A stretch of 64,000 nt of DNA from Octopus sinensis (GCF_006345805.1 NC_043000.1:128340001-128404000), one strand, 5' to 3'. Positions 48,618 through 62,767 are shown, counted from the stretch's first letter. Notes: a model not told the origin generated them from the letters alone. Made by a program: numbers and translations.

Positions 48618-51600
48618 ATGTATGTAGTTTGGTTACAAATGAAGAGTTTTCAAAGCATGTTGTAGAGTATATATTTATTAAGAGAAACTGACGATTCACT
48701 GTTTCCTTAGTGTTAGTTCCTCCACTTGCTCCCCATGGCTTCATCATGTCATGACAAATTATGGGGAATAGTTCTCCCTAGTCTTACCTATATCTAAAGA
48801 ATAAGGTACAATGAGCAAGTCTGCATAAATTCTTTCGATTGCAAATATCAATTTGTTTCCTTTTGTCTTTTCATATCTAGGATTTAGTGTTAGGAATGGC
48901 ATCCAGCTGTAGGAATCATACAAAAGCAGACATTGAAGCTTGGTGCAGTCCTCTTGGCTTGCTAGCTCCTGCCAAACTGTTCAACCCATGCTAGCATTGA
49001 AAAACAGATGTAAAATGATGATGAGGATGATGAGGGCGATTGTAATTTGTTATTTAAATGGACTTTTCAGCGAGTGATACTGGATTACCAAAAACAGAGA
49101 TTTTCTGGTAGGGCTAGCAGGTAACAATGCCATCATTGGCACCAGCACTGGTACCAGCATCAGCAACAATAACAACTACCACTAATAATCCTTTCTACTA
49201 TAGGTACAAGGCCTGAAATTTGGTGGGAGGGGGCCCAGTCAATTACATCGACCCCAGTATGCAACTGGTACTTAAATTTATTGACCCTGAAAGGATGAAA
49301 GGCAAAGTTGACCTTGGTGGAATTTGAATTCAGAATGCAAAGACAGACGGAATACTGTTAAGCATTTTGCCTGGTGTGCTAACGATTCTGCTGACTCTAC
49401 CACTTATAATAAGAACTTCCATTCAATCACTATCAATGAATTAAAAGAAACAATGTCTGAAATTTTAGGTCAAGATACTTAATTCTAAAGGTAGAAAAGA
49501 GATGGTTAAAACAATGATCTGATGATTCGTTAATTATGCTCCATCCGTGTCATGCAGTAAAACTACTGAAGAGGAGATAACTGTGGTATTTAACACTGAC
49601 TCTGCAAAATGCTCAAAAAAATGAATGAACAAATTGAAAGAATAAAAATCAGAAAAACCAAACAAGTCCACTATTGTAACAGAACTTAATACTTGTAAAG
49701 ATCTTGAATGTATCAGTTAGTGAATGAACATTTTGTCGGACAAGTGCCAAAATTGTTGAACAATCCAAATATGTGTTGGCACACACCTGTGTGTGTGTGT
49801 GTGTGTGTGAAAGAGAAAGATGTGGGGAGAGTATGTTTGATCTGACAAAAGCAAGAATAATTATCACCAACAGAGCTCAGTTTTAGAATCTTTGGTTTAG
49901 CAGTTGTTTGTTAATATCCTCATGAAACAAATTAAGTATCTTATGTCAAGCATTTGCAAAGTTTAGTCAAAGAATACACACACACACACACACACATTTA
50001 GATGCATGTAAACAATTTTAGAAAAACATGCAAACAAAAGAGACTTGTCTACAATACATATCAGAGATATTTGTAATATGCGTACTTAATATCTATTGGT
50101 TACATTTTACACAGCTATATACATGTACATGAAACACATACACAAACATAGACACAAACAGACACACATACACACACATGCATCATCATCAAAATGATAT
50201 TATCATCTCCCTTCATCACCCTCAAAGGAATTACTCTCAAGTTCTGTGTGATGGTATGGATTTAGACAAATCTGTCTGGTCATATTTGGCACCGGTCCAA
50301 ATGCACCTAGCACTGGCATAAAGGTAGATTGGTGCTGATTGTATAATAGGTGTGGTAACATTTTAGTATATCAGAGTATGTATAATTAGATCTGAGGTTT
50401 TACAGCTGGATGCTCTTCTTGAAAATCCAACCAGTTTTATGGAGAGAACAATAAACACAATGAATAAAGAATAAACTAAGCCGTCTTTTTTTGGAGGAAG
50501 TACCAAACAATAACATTATGCCACACACACATATGCATAAGCATATATGTGTGTGTGTGTATGTGTATGCATATATGTGTGTGTGTGTGTGTGAAAAAAG
50601 TATGACAAACACAAGATTGAATTTATACTATTTGTTCCCTACATTATACAATTTACCATTGTGGTTATTTGCACCCATTGCAGTGAGTGTTCATTGTGCA
50701 ATTGGATGTTGATCCACAACAGTTCTTCAAGAGAATACTTTATTACGTCATGTTCTCATGGATTAAATGAGTGTACTAAGCACACACATGCATATGAGGC
50801 ACAAGCATAGCTGTGTGGTTTAGAGATTCACTTCACAACCCTGTGATTTCAGGTTTAGTCCCACTGTGCAACACCTTGGGCACGTGCCTTCTATTATAAC
50901 CTCAGGCAGACAAAAGACTTATTAGTGAATTTGGCACACACAAACTAAAAGAAATTTTTCAGAGCTAGCACGGGTTACATGAATATATTAGAGAGGCACT
51001 CTTTTACAGTCAAGTGCTCTTTCTGTTGCTAATCCATACTGGTTTTTCAAGTAAAGGAGCTCTTATTTCACAAATCTTTGAAGGCATGAAACAAATGGGT
51101 GATTTGTTGACAAGAAAAGTGACAACAGCAACACCGCTTGCAACAAGCAGCTTTCATGGAGTAAACGTAGAAACCAGCAGACAATTAGTGCCTGGACAGC
51201 TCTCAGCTGACCAGCTCCATATCAAACTGTCCAACCCATGCCAGCATGGAGAATGGATGTTAAATGATGATAATGATAGACTGCTTTCAATTTCTATCAA
51301 CCAGATTCCCTAACAAGGCTTTGGCTGGCCCAGGACTCTAGTAGAAAATAATTATGAAAGTTCAGCGACGCCTTACCACCAGCGTTGCCTTGCTGGCACT
51401 TGTGCCGGTGTGCAGGTGACACGTAAAAAATAAAAAAAACACGATTTTCTTGACCATTGCCAGTATCGCGTGACTGGCCCTCATGCCAGTGGCACGTAAA
51501 AGTACCCACTACAGTTTTGGAGTGGCTGGCGTTAGGAAGGGCATCGAGCTGTAGAAACTCTGCCAAATCAAGATTGGAGCCTGGTGCAGCCATCTGGTTC

Positions 51601-52202
51601 ACCAGTCCTCAGTCAAATCGTCCAACCCATGCTAGCTAGCATGGAAAGCGGACATTAAAAACGTGGACTGTGCAGATGGATTGAACTACAATCAATGCTG
51701 TTGAAAAGCAAACTTTTTTAACCACACACCCACTACTACATCTATAGAAGTGTACTATTAAGCAGTTAATGAAATCCATGTTGTCAGCACATGCACTGTT
51801 ACGCGCTGACAATACCATTTATTTGATGACAATTCAATGTCTTTGTGTAACTGCCCACCATTATTAGTACTCCTATATTTTTAATATTGTTATTATTTGT
51901 ATATATTAGACCATTGTTTTAAAGGACACACTCATCATGTGTATATATAGATGTCTGTAGTCTCTGTATATGTGTCATGGCTATCAACTGAAGTAGAAAA
52001 ATTACACAAAGAGTGACATTCACACTGGATTTCAGTCGCACAATGTACCCAAATATATGCATATTATTCATATATGTATGTAGAGGGAGCAATATGGTTA
52101 GGCTAGGTTCATGCTTATTTATATACATAAGCAGAGAAGCAAGCAAGCACACATACACACACACACACTCACACACACATATGTATATATGTTAGAATAT
52201 GT

Positions 52203-52238
<36 letters not shown>

Positions 52239-54789
52239 AAGAGAGAGAGATAAGGGAGAAGAAATAGATACAGTGAGTGAGATTTGATATGCTTTTATAA
52301 TACTATTTTTACTTTTAGTTCATTAGGAAGAGGACTTTTAAGAAGAACAGTTATTATACAATAGCAGTCGCCAGGTAGCTCTGCAGGTCTGTTACATATA
52401 GAAAGCTGAATGAAACATTGAGACAGCCATCTTGTTTTTTATTGTGAACTTGTTGCTGTAAGATTTAGGGTTTAAAATATGTGCTTCCCATTAAAAAATA
52501 AAATAAAAATAATAATAGTAGGAAGTTGTTTGTTGAGAGTGTTATACTGAGCTGGTTAAGTAACTGAGTAAATAAATGTGTCCTTATTCATTTGCTTATA
52601 TAGTTATTATTGCTGAGAGCTCAAGTAAATTGATTACATCAGCCAACCTGTGTATGGGAAGTTGAAAGGGTTAAAAGCTGGTGATACATTGTCTATGTCA
52701 ATGTCTTAACTGGTTAAGATATGTCATAAAATTTGCTTTGACACAAATCATAACTGTGCTAATTGTGAGTTTCTGTAACTTCAAAGATCTGAAGAGATTC
52801 CTTTGTACCAGATATTAATTAGGTCATCAATATTATGCGTAGAGAAATGGATGTGATTGTCACAACTGTTCACAAGGTTAATCAAAGGATGAAAATACTA
52901 AGCTTTTGATAGGCCTATCAAAATCTTAGTATATAAAACAACATATTGAGACAATGGTAACTCACTGAGCTAATTAGCCTTACTCTTTAAAGTTATCATT
53001 AGCTTTCTTATTTTAAACATTGATGACAACAACAACAATGATGATGACAATGATAACGACAATGATGATGATGATTATGATGACTCCAGAGGCAAGGTTA
53101 GTCTACAATATATTTCAATCAGCTCAGTCTCTAGTCATCACCAGGTGTCTCATTCCTGAATATGTTAACTTATTCCAGGCTGGGTCAAAACTAAGAACCA
53201 TTAAAAGCTAAATAAAGGGTGTTAATATCCATGGTTTATAATTAAAGGTTCTTATATTGGGGCCAGACTAAAATAAATGCATATATTCAGGGAACGAACA
53301 TGTGATGTTTAAATTTAAATATATTATCTAAGAATGAAGTTAACAGTCCAGAACAGGATCATTTAAAAAATTATAACATTAACTAATCTCGGAACATTAA
53401 TGCTTTATATTTACTACGGCAACCTTTCAATTTGGCATGGCAGTGAGTGAGTATTTGGCAGTGAAACAACAACCAGAAAATTCCAGAATAGAACTTTTTT
53501 AGTTTTAGCTTTGTTTGGAGTCACAAAATTAATGAAGCCTGTTGAAATTCCAATGACCTTCAAGAGATTTAATATCAAATGTCATCACCATTGGTCTCTG
53601 AGACAGAGTTCAGATTCACTGTATAAGTAACTACAAACTTGTACTATTTCTGGGTCATCAATCAACAATTTAAGGACATGTCTGTGATAAAATCTGTTCA
53701 CTTTGCTTTAGGAATTCTCAAATGTGACCTAATATTAAAGTTTTTAGAGAAAGAATTTTTACCTTTGTTTTTCCTCCCCTTTTTTATGGCTTAAAAAAAT
53801 TGTGTTTTCTTTACATCAGGAGCAGTGAATCTGAATATTTATATGCATTTTAAAAGCAACACTTAACATTTATTATTATTAGATTATGTACATAAAGTGG
53901 TGAGGTGGTAGAGTTGCCAGCATGCTGGGCAAAATACTTAGCAGCATTTCATCTACCTTTACATTTTGAGTTCAAATTCCACTGAGATTGACTTTACCGT
54001 TTATCCTTTCAGGGTTAAAATAAGTACCAGCTGAGTACTGGGGTCGATGTAATCGACTTACCTCCTCTCTTGAGATTGCCGGCTTTGTGCCAAAATTTGA
54101 AACCATTATCAGATTAAGTACAAATATTGTTGTGTGGTTAAGAGGTTTATTTTACAACTACATGGTTTAGGGTTCAGTCCAATTGTGCAACATCTTGAGC
54201 CCCTTTTAACAGACAAAATGTGAGAAGTCCAATATGTGTGTAAGTCTGTATGTGCATGCATATTATTGCTCACTGATTGTAAACAAACTCCAACAAAATA
54301 CAAATGGTGTCATTTTTTGGCAATTTCTGTGAAAATTCATCCAACCTTAGGGGAAAAATATGACCTTGCTTGGAAAGAGATTTGGAGACAGGAAGGGCAT
54401 CCAGTTTTGTCAGCAATAATGTCCATCTGTTCCTGACAATCCTTCTTTTAACTGTACTGAGACTTTATAAGATAAAATAGAATTTGTTTTTTGTTTTATC
54501 ATGATAGAAAATGAAGAAGACATCATACTAGCTAAGTAAGAGGTGGCAGTACACTTAATCCTACATGCATAATTAGCTGAAGGCAATAAGTACCACACAT
54601 TATAGGGGATGATGCCTGAGATCTCTTAGGGCAATGGTTCCCAACCATTTTTTTTTACTTGGAAGGACCCTCATAGCCGTTCAAGGTTTAAAATGAATCC
54701 TCTTATATTTTTATAATGAAATATTAGCAATTGTATAAAGTAAATTTTTAAAATATTGTGCATATTGTAGAAGTATAAGCAATTTATTA

Positions 54790-55010
54790 CTCTTTTACTT
54801 GTTTCAGTCATTTGACTGTGGCCATGCTGGAGCACCGCCTTTAGTCGAGCAAATCGACCCCAGGACTTATTCTTTGTAAGCCTAGTATATATATATATAC
54901 ATATATATTATATATATACATACATACATATATATTATATATATACATACATACATATATATTATATATATACATACATATATATATAATATATATATAT
55001 ATATTATATA

Positions 55011-55044
<34 letters not shown>

Positions 55045-55197
55045 CGATGGGCTTCTTTCAGTTTCTGTCTACCAAATCCACTCACAAGGCTTTGGTCGGC
55101 CCGAGGCTATAGTAGAAGACACTTGTCCAAGGTGCCACGCAGTGGGACTGAACCCGGAACCATGTAGTTGGTAAGCAAGCTACTTCCCACACAGCCA
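54790..55197 (-). mobile_element. SINE family B, young copy whose internal segment is replaced by an expanded (TA/TACA)n tract
   Basis: Both ends are well preserved. The ...gccgaaccgctaagtta...gggacaaacac segment seen in the 15011-15371 copy is absent between cctagta (54887) and the microsatellite. Confidence 0.8.
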
Positions 55198-56221
55198 TTT
55201 ACCTTATATTGACCCCCGAGGGTCATATAGAGTATCAAACAAAAAGAATACCTTGCTAAGTTCTTCACTTTCTGAGTCAAATCCCACTGAGTCGGCTTTG
55301 TCATATGGCCTTTTGGGCTTAATAGAATAAAATACTAGTCAAGTACTAGGGATTGAGATAACTAACTCTTCTGTCGTGTCACTGATTTGAGCTTTGTGCC
55401 TTTACAACAAACTATTATTATTATTTGTCCTGCAATTATTTCTGAACCTGCTTTCCTGTGTTACATATCATTTGTCTCTCACTTTTGAGAACTTTGATGA
55501 ATGTACTTTTTTTCACAAGTAATCATCATCATCATCATCATTTAGTGTCCGCTTTCCATGCTAGCATGGGTTGGACGGTTCAACTGGGGTCTGTGAAGCC
55601 AGAAGGCTGCATCAGGCCCAGTCAGATCTGGCAGTGTTTCTACGGCTGGATGCCCTTCCTAATGCCAACCACTCCGTGAGTGTAGTGGGTGCTTTTTACG
55701 TGCCACCCGCACAGGTGCCAGACGGAGCTGGCAAACGGCCACGAACGGATGGTGCTTTTACGTGCCACCGGCACGGGGGCCAGGCGAGGCTGGCAACGGC
55801 CACGAACGGATGGTGCTACGTGCCACCGGCATGATAATGGTTATGACAATGATGATGATGAAAGTGTTTTACAAGCACATGTTACCCCATCCCCACTGGG
55901 TCCCCTCATAATCCTTTTCTGCCTCCAACTACAAGAACAACAAAATAAACCAAGTGAGGGGACCTCTTCATAGTCACCTAAGCTACAAGAAAAAAACAAC
56001 AACAGCCAAATGAATTGATCAAATCATACACCTCCATTATCTTTTTAAAAAAGAGAAGCACATATCAGATCAGTGTTTCTCAATCTTTTTACTCTTGTGT
56101 AACCCTTAAAATAAATAACATGTCTCAAGGAACCTCTGAACAAAAAAATTATATGCCATATCTTTCTCATATTTTTTTCATCGTAGTTCACATGGTAAAT
56201 ATTATATGTGTGTGTATAGCG

Positions 56222-56440
56222 TGGCTGTTGCCAGTACCATCTTACTGGCCCTCATGCCGGTGGCATGTAAAAGCACCCACTACACTCTCAGAGTGGTTGG
56301 TGATAGGAAGGGCATCCAGCTGTAGAAACTTTGCCAGATCAGATTGAAGTCTGGTGCAGCCATCTGGTTCGCCACACCTCAGTCAAATCGTCCAACCCAT
56401 GCTAGCATGGAAAGCGGACATTAAACGATGATGATGATGA
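56222..56440 (+). mobile_element. Family C retroposon 3' portion with (GAT)n tail (subtype C2)
   Basis: ..AGGAAGGGCATCCAGCTGTAGAAAC..CCAACCCATGCTAGCATGGAAAGCGGAC(A)TTAAACGATGATGAT. The 3' end resembles RTE-type LINE/SINE tails from memory. Other plus-strand copies lie near 3740-3905, 23730-23950, 30730-30948, 48885-49030, 51386-51660 and 59069-59258. Confidence 0.8.
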
Positions 56441-56690
56441 TCATCATCATCATCATCATCATCGTCGTTTAACGTCCGCTTTCCATGCTAGCATGGGTTG
56501 GACGGTTCAACTGGGGTCTGGGGAGCCCGAAGGCTGCACCAGGCCAGTCAGATCTGGCAGTGTTTCTACAGCTGGATGCCCTTCCTAACGCCAACCACTC
56601 CGAGAGTGTAGTGGGTGATTTTATGTGCCACCGACACAGGTGCCAGACGAGGCTGGCGAACGGCCACGCTCGGATGGTGTTTTTATGTGC
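56441..56690 (-). mobile_element. Family C retroposon, antisense copy (subtype C1), tail-to-tail with the 56222-56440 copy
   Basis: (CAT)nCGTTTAACGTCCGCTTTCCATGCTAGCATGGGTTGGACGG...GGATGCCCTTCCTAACGCCAACCACTCC. Other antisense copies lie near 25910-26190, 33477-33780, 42735-43050, 55522-55830 and 61209-61400. Confidence 0.82.
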
Positions 56691-57287
56691 CAATATATAT
56701 ATTGTAATATTACAATAACCAATAATATATTGTGCAGGTATAGTAATATTACAATCATGAAATTAGCATTAGCTTATCTCACTCTTTCTCACAGAACCCT
56801 AGGGTTCTGGGGAACCCTGGTTCAGAAATGCTACATTAGATAATGCAGACCTAGCTATCCCAATAAGGCTGGAATGCTTTTAATGAGGGTGGATCTGGAA
56901 CTAACAATTGAATAATTGATAAAAGACAAATATCTGTACAACAAACTCTCCACACTTTCTTTTAAATGCAGATATACAAACAAGAAGAGTTTCTCCTTTT
57001 CGCTTAAATTTTTTTTTTATCCTCCATTCTCAGATGACATTGCAAGTGAGAGGTGTGAACAGTATTATCAACCACCTTCTAGAAAAAACTAAATATCATA
57101 CTTCAGAAAAAAAGGACAACAACCCATCTTTCTTGCAATTGACACTTTCAGAGTATCTCTTTTACAGAATGCAACACAAGGGGTGCATGTGTAGCAAAGT
57201 TTACATACCAGTAGACAGACACATATACATGCATCACACAAACATGCATGATACACACACCCACACACAAACATGCACATTCACACG

Positions 57288-57324
<37 letters not shown>

Positions 57325-57424
57325 TAGTTCCTTAATAGTAATGGGTAGAAGCCGTGTTTGAATGTGGTGCTAGCGGTGGTGGTGTTGATATGTTGGGATG
57401 CTTGGGTGGAGTAGGTAGGTGGTA

Positions 57425-57426
<2 letters not shown>

Positions 57427-57496
<70 letters not shown>
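57427..57496. repeat. (GA)n microsatellite, about 70 bp
   Basis: Seen directly. Similar tracts occur near 32285, 39965, 45586, 52203 and 58420. Confidence 0.95.
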
Positions 57497-57497
<1 letters not shown>

Positions 57498-57909
57498 TGT
57501 AATAAGAAAAAAATGGCAGACATGGGGAAGGTGGATCTGGAACAGACAGCTAGGAAGGGGAGGGGGAAAAGATGGGTGGTGGGTGGTTGAATAAGTTGAT
57601 GCTGTAAAAATTTGTTGATGTTTTCTATTTTTATTTCCTTTACTCCCTTTGGTGTTTCACTGTTGTTACTTTTTTTTTTTGAAAATTTATAAATTTTTTA
57701 ATATTTTCTGGGGGTGGTTGAAGAGGAGGAGGAAGAAGCTGAAAAAATGGTGCATATATGTGTGTGTAGGAATGGTATGAAAACTTAGTAAAAAAAAAAA
57801 AAAAGGTGGAGGGAGAAAAGAAAACTGATGCCAATGACAATGTAGATGATGATGATGATAGCGATGACAATGATAATGACAATGACAACGGTGATGATGA
57901 CTATGATGC

Positions 57910-57940
<31 letters not shown>

Positions 57941-58416
57941 AGTGTTTTGCTGGTAGATATCAGTTTTACCCCCACCAGGCCCCCTCGTCATCGTCCTCCT
58001 TTGCTAGCAGGGTTGCTGGAGCCAGAAAGCCCGGCAGTAGTTAAAACTAAACATATGTAGAAGTAGGTCAAAACATAGTGATTTCATTCCTATGCTACAT
58101 ACTGAGAAACTAACAACACCACCGGCTCCTACTGCTATCACCACCACCACCACCCCAACCACCATCATCATCATCACCAACAGCAGCAGTATGTAACATA
58201 CAAAATATTTCCAAACCACCTCTTAACCTCACCACTATTATCACTGCCATCATAGTCATCATTCTACCCTTTTTTTCCTTCTTCCACTACGACCACCATG
58301 GAAGTTGTCCTCGACCCTCCACCCCCCACCACATTTCATGTGAAGTCTGGTGCCACAGACACAGACAAAGTCACCTGTAAGGAGTGGAGTAAGATCTATG
58401 ATCTGGATAGAGATAA

Positions 58417-58452
<36 letters not shown>

Positions 58453-61400
58453 TGTGTGTGGGTGTGTGTGAGAGAGGGAGAAAAAAAGGGATTCAGACAG
58501 ATACCTAGACATGTAGACAGATACCTAGACATGTAGAGTCAAATTTATATACAGTTAGACAGACATACCAATAGCTGTGTAGATAAATATTACATGTGCA
58601 TAAAGAAACAAATGTACATTGTGTGTGTGTGTGTGTGTATAAACATGCACACGCACATGCATATACACACACATACACCCACCCACACACATATATAAAC
58701 ACATCATCATGTTTGAAGACTCTTTTGGAAGTGACAGTCATTTTGTTATTTCTGATTAATTACACATACACACATACACTCATGCTACCCTTGCCTTGGG
58801 TGCTCAATTCCTGATTGAGTTGTAGGGGGTGCCGTTATGACATATGGTATAGATAGCTTGGGTAGGTTTAGATCTGGAAGGGCCCATCCCTCTCTAGCCA
58901 GCTTCTTTTCAAAAGAAACAGATTGATAGACAGAAAGAGAAGAAATAAGACCAATATAGGACTGATACTTTATTGAATGACCCTGAAAGGATGAAATTTG
59001 AAGTCAATGTTGGTGTTATTGGAATAAATACTGCCATGTATTCTGCCAAAGATTTGGAATAAATACTGCATGTAAAAAGCACCCGCTACTCTCACGGAGT
59101 GGTTGGCACCAGGAAGGGCATCCAGCTGTAGAAACACTGCCAGATCAAACTGGAGCCTGGTGTAGCCTCCTGGCTTCCCAAACCCTGGTCAAACCGTCCA
59201 ACCCATGCTAGCATGGAAAACGGATGTTAAACGATGATGATGATGATGATGATGATGACTGCCATATATTCTGCCAAAGATCTGGACTAAATACTGCCTT
59301 GTATTCTGCCAATTTGCCACCCTAATTACACAAACACACTTTAGTACTCAAGTATTTGATATTGTCTTACATTGACAGTAGGTCCTGACATCCAGTATAT
59401 TATTGGTATTTAATTGTCTTAAGAAAGACAAAAACCAATCCCTGCAGGATTTGCAGATGTAAAGAGATGTAACAAAAACAAACATCCCAGACCAGCTTTT
59501 TCTAACACTGTTATGTTGTAGAAGACACATATTTGCCATTAAAATACACACAAAAACAGTTAACTTCACTTCAATTTTTTTAAAATATAATTTATCACTT
59601 GGTGTCAAAATTTTTGCTGTATCAACTATGACCTGGTCACTGACACGTTTCCACTGCAACACAACAAAAATTTTGGCACTAAGTAAAATAAAAAAAATGC
59701 ATATTTGAATTTAACAGCTTTTGTATCTTTTTGTGCCTTCCACACTGTTAATTCTTTTTATTTCAACACATGGCTCAGATCAAATCATTTAGCAAGCATG
59801 TACATCTCTGAAAGTGTAATGTTGATTCAGCTATTGACTGCCCTTAGTGAGGGATTTAATATTGATCTTTAAATCCTCCACGAGGACATAAATTGGCAGA
59901 AATCAGCATGTGTCAGCAAATAATTCTATACATAAGAGATACAATTCTAGTTTAGATTCATTGGTTCAAGGGTAGCTTTGACTGAAGAGACACAACTTGG
60001 TTGAAACACTGCAGTGTCCCAAAGTACCCTTATTTCAATAAATTACAATATACAGTAGCACAGTGTACTGATCCTCAAACTGGAATTCACGTGCATGCTA
60101 AATATATATTCACATGGTGTAATATTTGATCTAGAAAAGTACACAATATGCATTGTTAAATTAAAAAATTCTTTTGTTGTTTAAAGTTTCAGGTAGCTTT
60201 GTGTTTTTTGTGCTACCTCTGTCCATGAACTTAGTTTGATTATGTATATATCTATATACATGTGTGTGTGTGTAAATATAAATATGTTACATCATCATCG
60301 TTATCATTGTTTTAATGTTTACTTACATTGCTTGCATGTGTTGGATGGAATTCGTTAAGGCAAATTTTCTATAACTAGACACCCTTCCTTGTTGCCAACT
60401 CTCATGTGTTTCCAAGTAAAGTAATATTTCTCCCTGATTTAATCGAAGATTGGAAATGAAGGCTTGTATGAAGATAATGCTCATTTACAACTACCAAGCA
60501 ATGTCAAGACAAGTAGACACAAACACATGCACATGATAGGGATTTTTTCAATTTCCATCTAGCAAATCCACCCAAGAGATTTGATTGACCTGGGGCTGAT
60601 GCAGAAGACACTGCCAAAGGTGCCACACTGTAGGACTGAACCCAAAACCACGTGATTGGGAAGCGAACTTCTTAACCACCCTGCCATGCCTGCACCTGCA
60701 CCCTGCTATACACATAGATACATAGATATAGAGAGAGAGCTATAGCAGGTAATTTGTTAAACATCACTGCCTTTAAAGCTTAACCAAATGCAATTGTCCT
60801 CATAGTAACAAAAGCTAATCACTAATCTAGTTTATTTACTCACTAATTATGCAACCAATCTTTTGTTATCACCACGAACAGAAGAAAGACACTAGTTTAC
60901 ATTTTTACATTTTATACAGGCTGCCATCATAAAAATGTATTACTACTTGCAACTAAAGTTAATAGTTTATAATAGGATACTTGCTTATTGTATTTTTATT
61001 CCAACATGAATCAGCAACTATGACTACTTGGAATTATGGGTAATGAAAACAAAATAAATATAAAACCTCAATGGAAAATATTACAAACACACACACACAA
61101 TACTCACTTGTTACCATTTCTTATTTCTTCTTTATGTCCACAGATCATATAAACAAGCACACAGGTATTGTATTGTTTGGGTTTTGTGTGTGTGTGCATA
61201 TGTATATATCATCATCATCATCATCATCATTTAGTGTCTTTTATCCATCCTGGCATGGGTTAGATGGTTTGACTGGATTTGGTAAGCCGGAGAGCTGTAC
61301 CAGGCTCCATTCTAGTTTGGTTTGGTTTCTACAAGCGGATGCCCTTCCTAATGCCAACCACTCCAAGAGTGTAGTGGGTGCCTTTTACGTGTCAGTGGCA

Positions 61401-62663
61401 TGGGTGCCTCACATCTGTAAGATATACTGAGGGAAGGGAGTAAGCTGATAGCATCAACCGCAGTACTTGATTGGTACTTTATTATATTGACCCTTGAAAA
61501 ATGACATTAGCAAATTTGACATGTTTGCATCTTTGCTATGTAGGTTTACACACCCACCCATACACATACATACACACACATGGAACAAATGAAAGAGTTT
61601 GGGAGTCCCAGATACATGTAGGCAGTAAACATGTAAGGGAGACTCTTTATCTTGTTGCCAACATTGTGTACTGATTGTACTCAACCTACACTGGCTGGCA
61701 ATAGGAAGGACAGTCAAATATATGTATGTGTGTGTGTGTGAGTGTATATAAAGGGGTTTGTATGATTGTGCATAGAGGGATATATATTATTCAAAGAAAT
61801 TCCAACTCTGTTTTTTATGTTTTATTTATATTCTTTATAATATTAATGTAGAATATAGAATATATAGTATAAATAGTATATATATATAGTAAAATGAAAT
61901 GAAGTATTGATTGTCTTATTGAATAGATGAAATATTGAATATAAAATATAAAATATAAAATATTAAGGGACTAGTATACTTTCTTGCATTATAGCAGTCT
62001 TCAAGGTCCCAGGTTGTGACAGGAGTGTTTCAACTGTCTCATATATATATGAGAAAAATGTGAAAAAGATGGAAGTCACCTTAAATACATGTCTGAGAAG
62101 TAAAATGTGTCAAGAGTATAATTCTAAATGAATATATATGAAGAGTAATCTTTGATGTTGTCATTAGACCCAAAAAGACTAAGTCAGATTGAACCTGTTT
62201 CATTGTTTTCAAAATAATTACTCCATTTCTTTGGTGAAGAGGCCCTTATCCTTTATAAATTTAGTTCCTATTTCTCTTGATGTGTGTGTGTTAGTGCATC
62301 TGTATGGACATGTGCATCTAGGTCTATGTGTGTATAAGTTGAATGCCTATGGTAGATATACATTGAGATAACTGACCAATTATGGTTTGAGTTACATAGT
62401 AATATAAACATGATTTTAAGGCACTGTACAGGGCCTCAGATGCATATTGCCAACAATAATAATAATAATAATAAAAAAATAACAAGGGGTGGGGTGTTGA
62501 AAAAATAAGGGATTTAAAAACTCAAGAAAAAGAAAAAGTCGAAAAGATTAAAATAATAATAAAATGACCCAATAAGATTAAGTATGCAAGGTATCTAATT
62601 ATTGTAATACATACTTATACATCTACTTATGTGTGTACAGGTGTGAGTGTGTGTGTGTGTATG

Positions 62664-62697
<34 letters not shown>

Positions 62698-62726
62698 TAT
62701 ACATCTACTTATGTGTACAGGTGTGA

Positions 62727-62767
<41 letters not shown>

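Larger units (their letters stand above)
56071..56833. mobile_element. Old hAT-type MITE interrupted by two nested SINE-like insertions
   Basis: Left end CAGTGTTTCTCAATC and degenerate right end ...GGGTTCTGGGGAACCCTGGTTCAGAAATGCTA. The 8-bp flanks TATCAGAT / CATTAGAT match at 6/8. Confidence 0.6.

Noticed and set aside
53124-53160. Minus-strand (M)RHLVMTRD resembling SPRED EVH1 N-terminal VMTRDD, after a ttcag acceptor-like site
   Set aside because: It is followed immediately by TGA, with no DSSGGW...GGG continuation, so it is treated as a chance match. The true exon is probably beyond 64000.
54625-54780. CAATGGTTCCCAACC, a hAT TIR-like start
   Set aside because: No matching right TIR or TSD was found, so element boundaries cannot be supported.
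57785-58219. Asp-rich 84-aa ORF and Ile/Val-rich antisense ORFs
   Set aside because: They derive from (GAT)n/(CAT)n/(CAC)n tracts.
58255-58374. Minus-strand frame DFVCVCGTRLHMKCGGGWRVED as a possible EVH1 N-terminal exon
   Set aside because: Only GGW matches, the spacing is wrong, and the frame ends in a stop with no phase-0 donor.
59348-59662. 104-aa minus-strand ORF in unique sequence
   Set aside because: It has no recognisable motif, starts at a non-ATG codon, and is of a length expected by chance.
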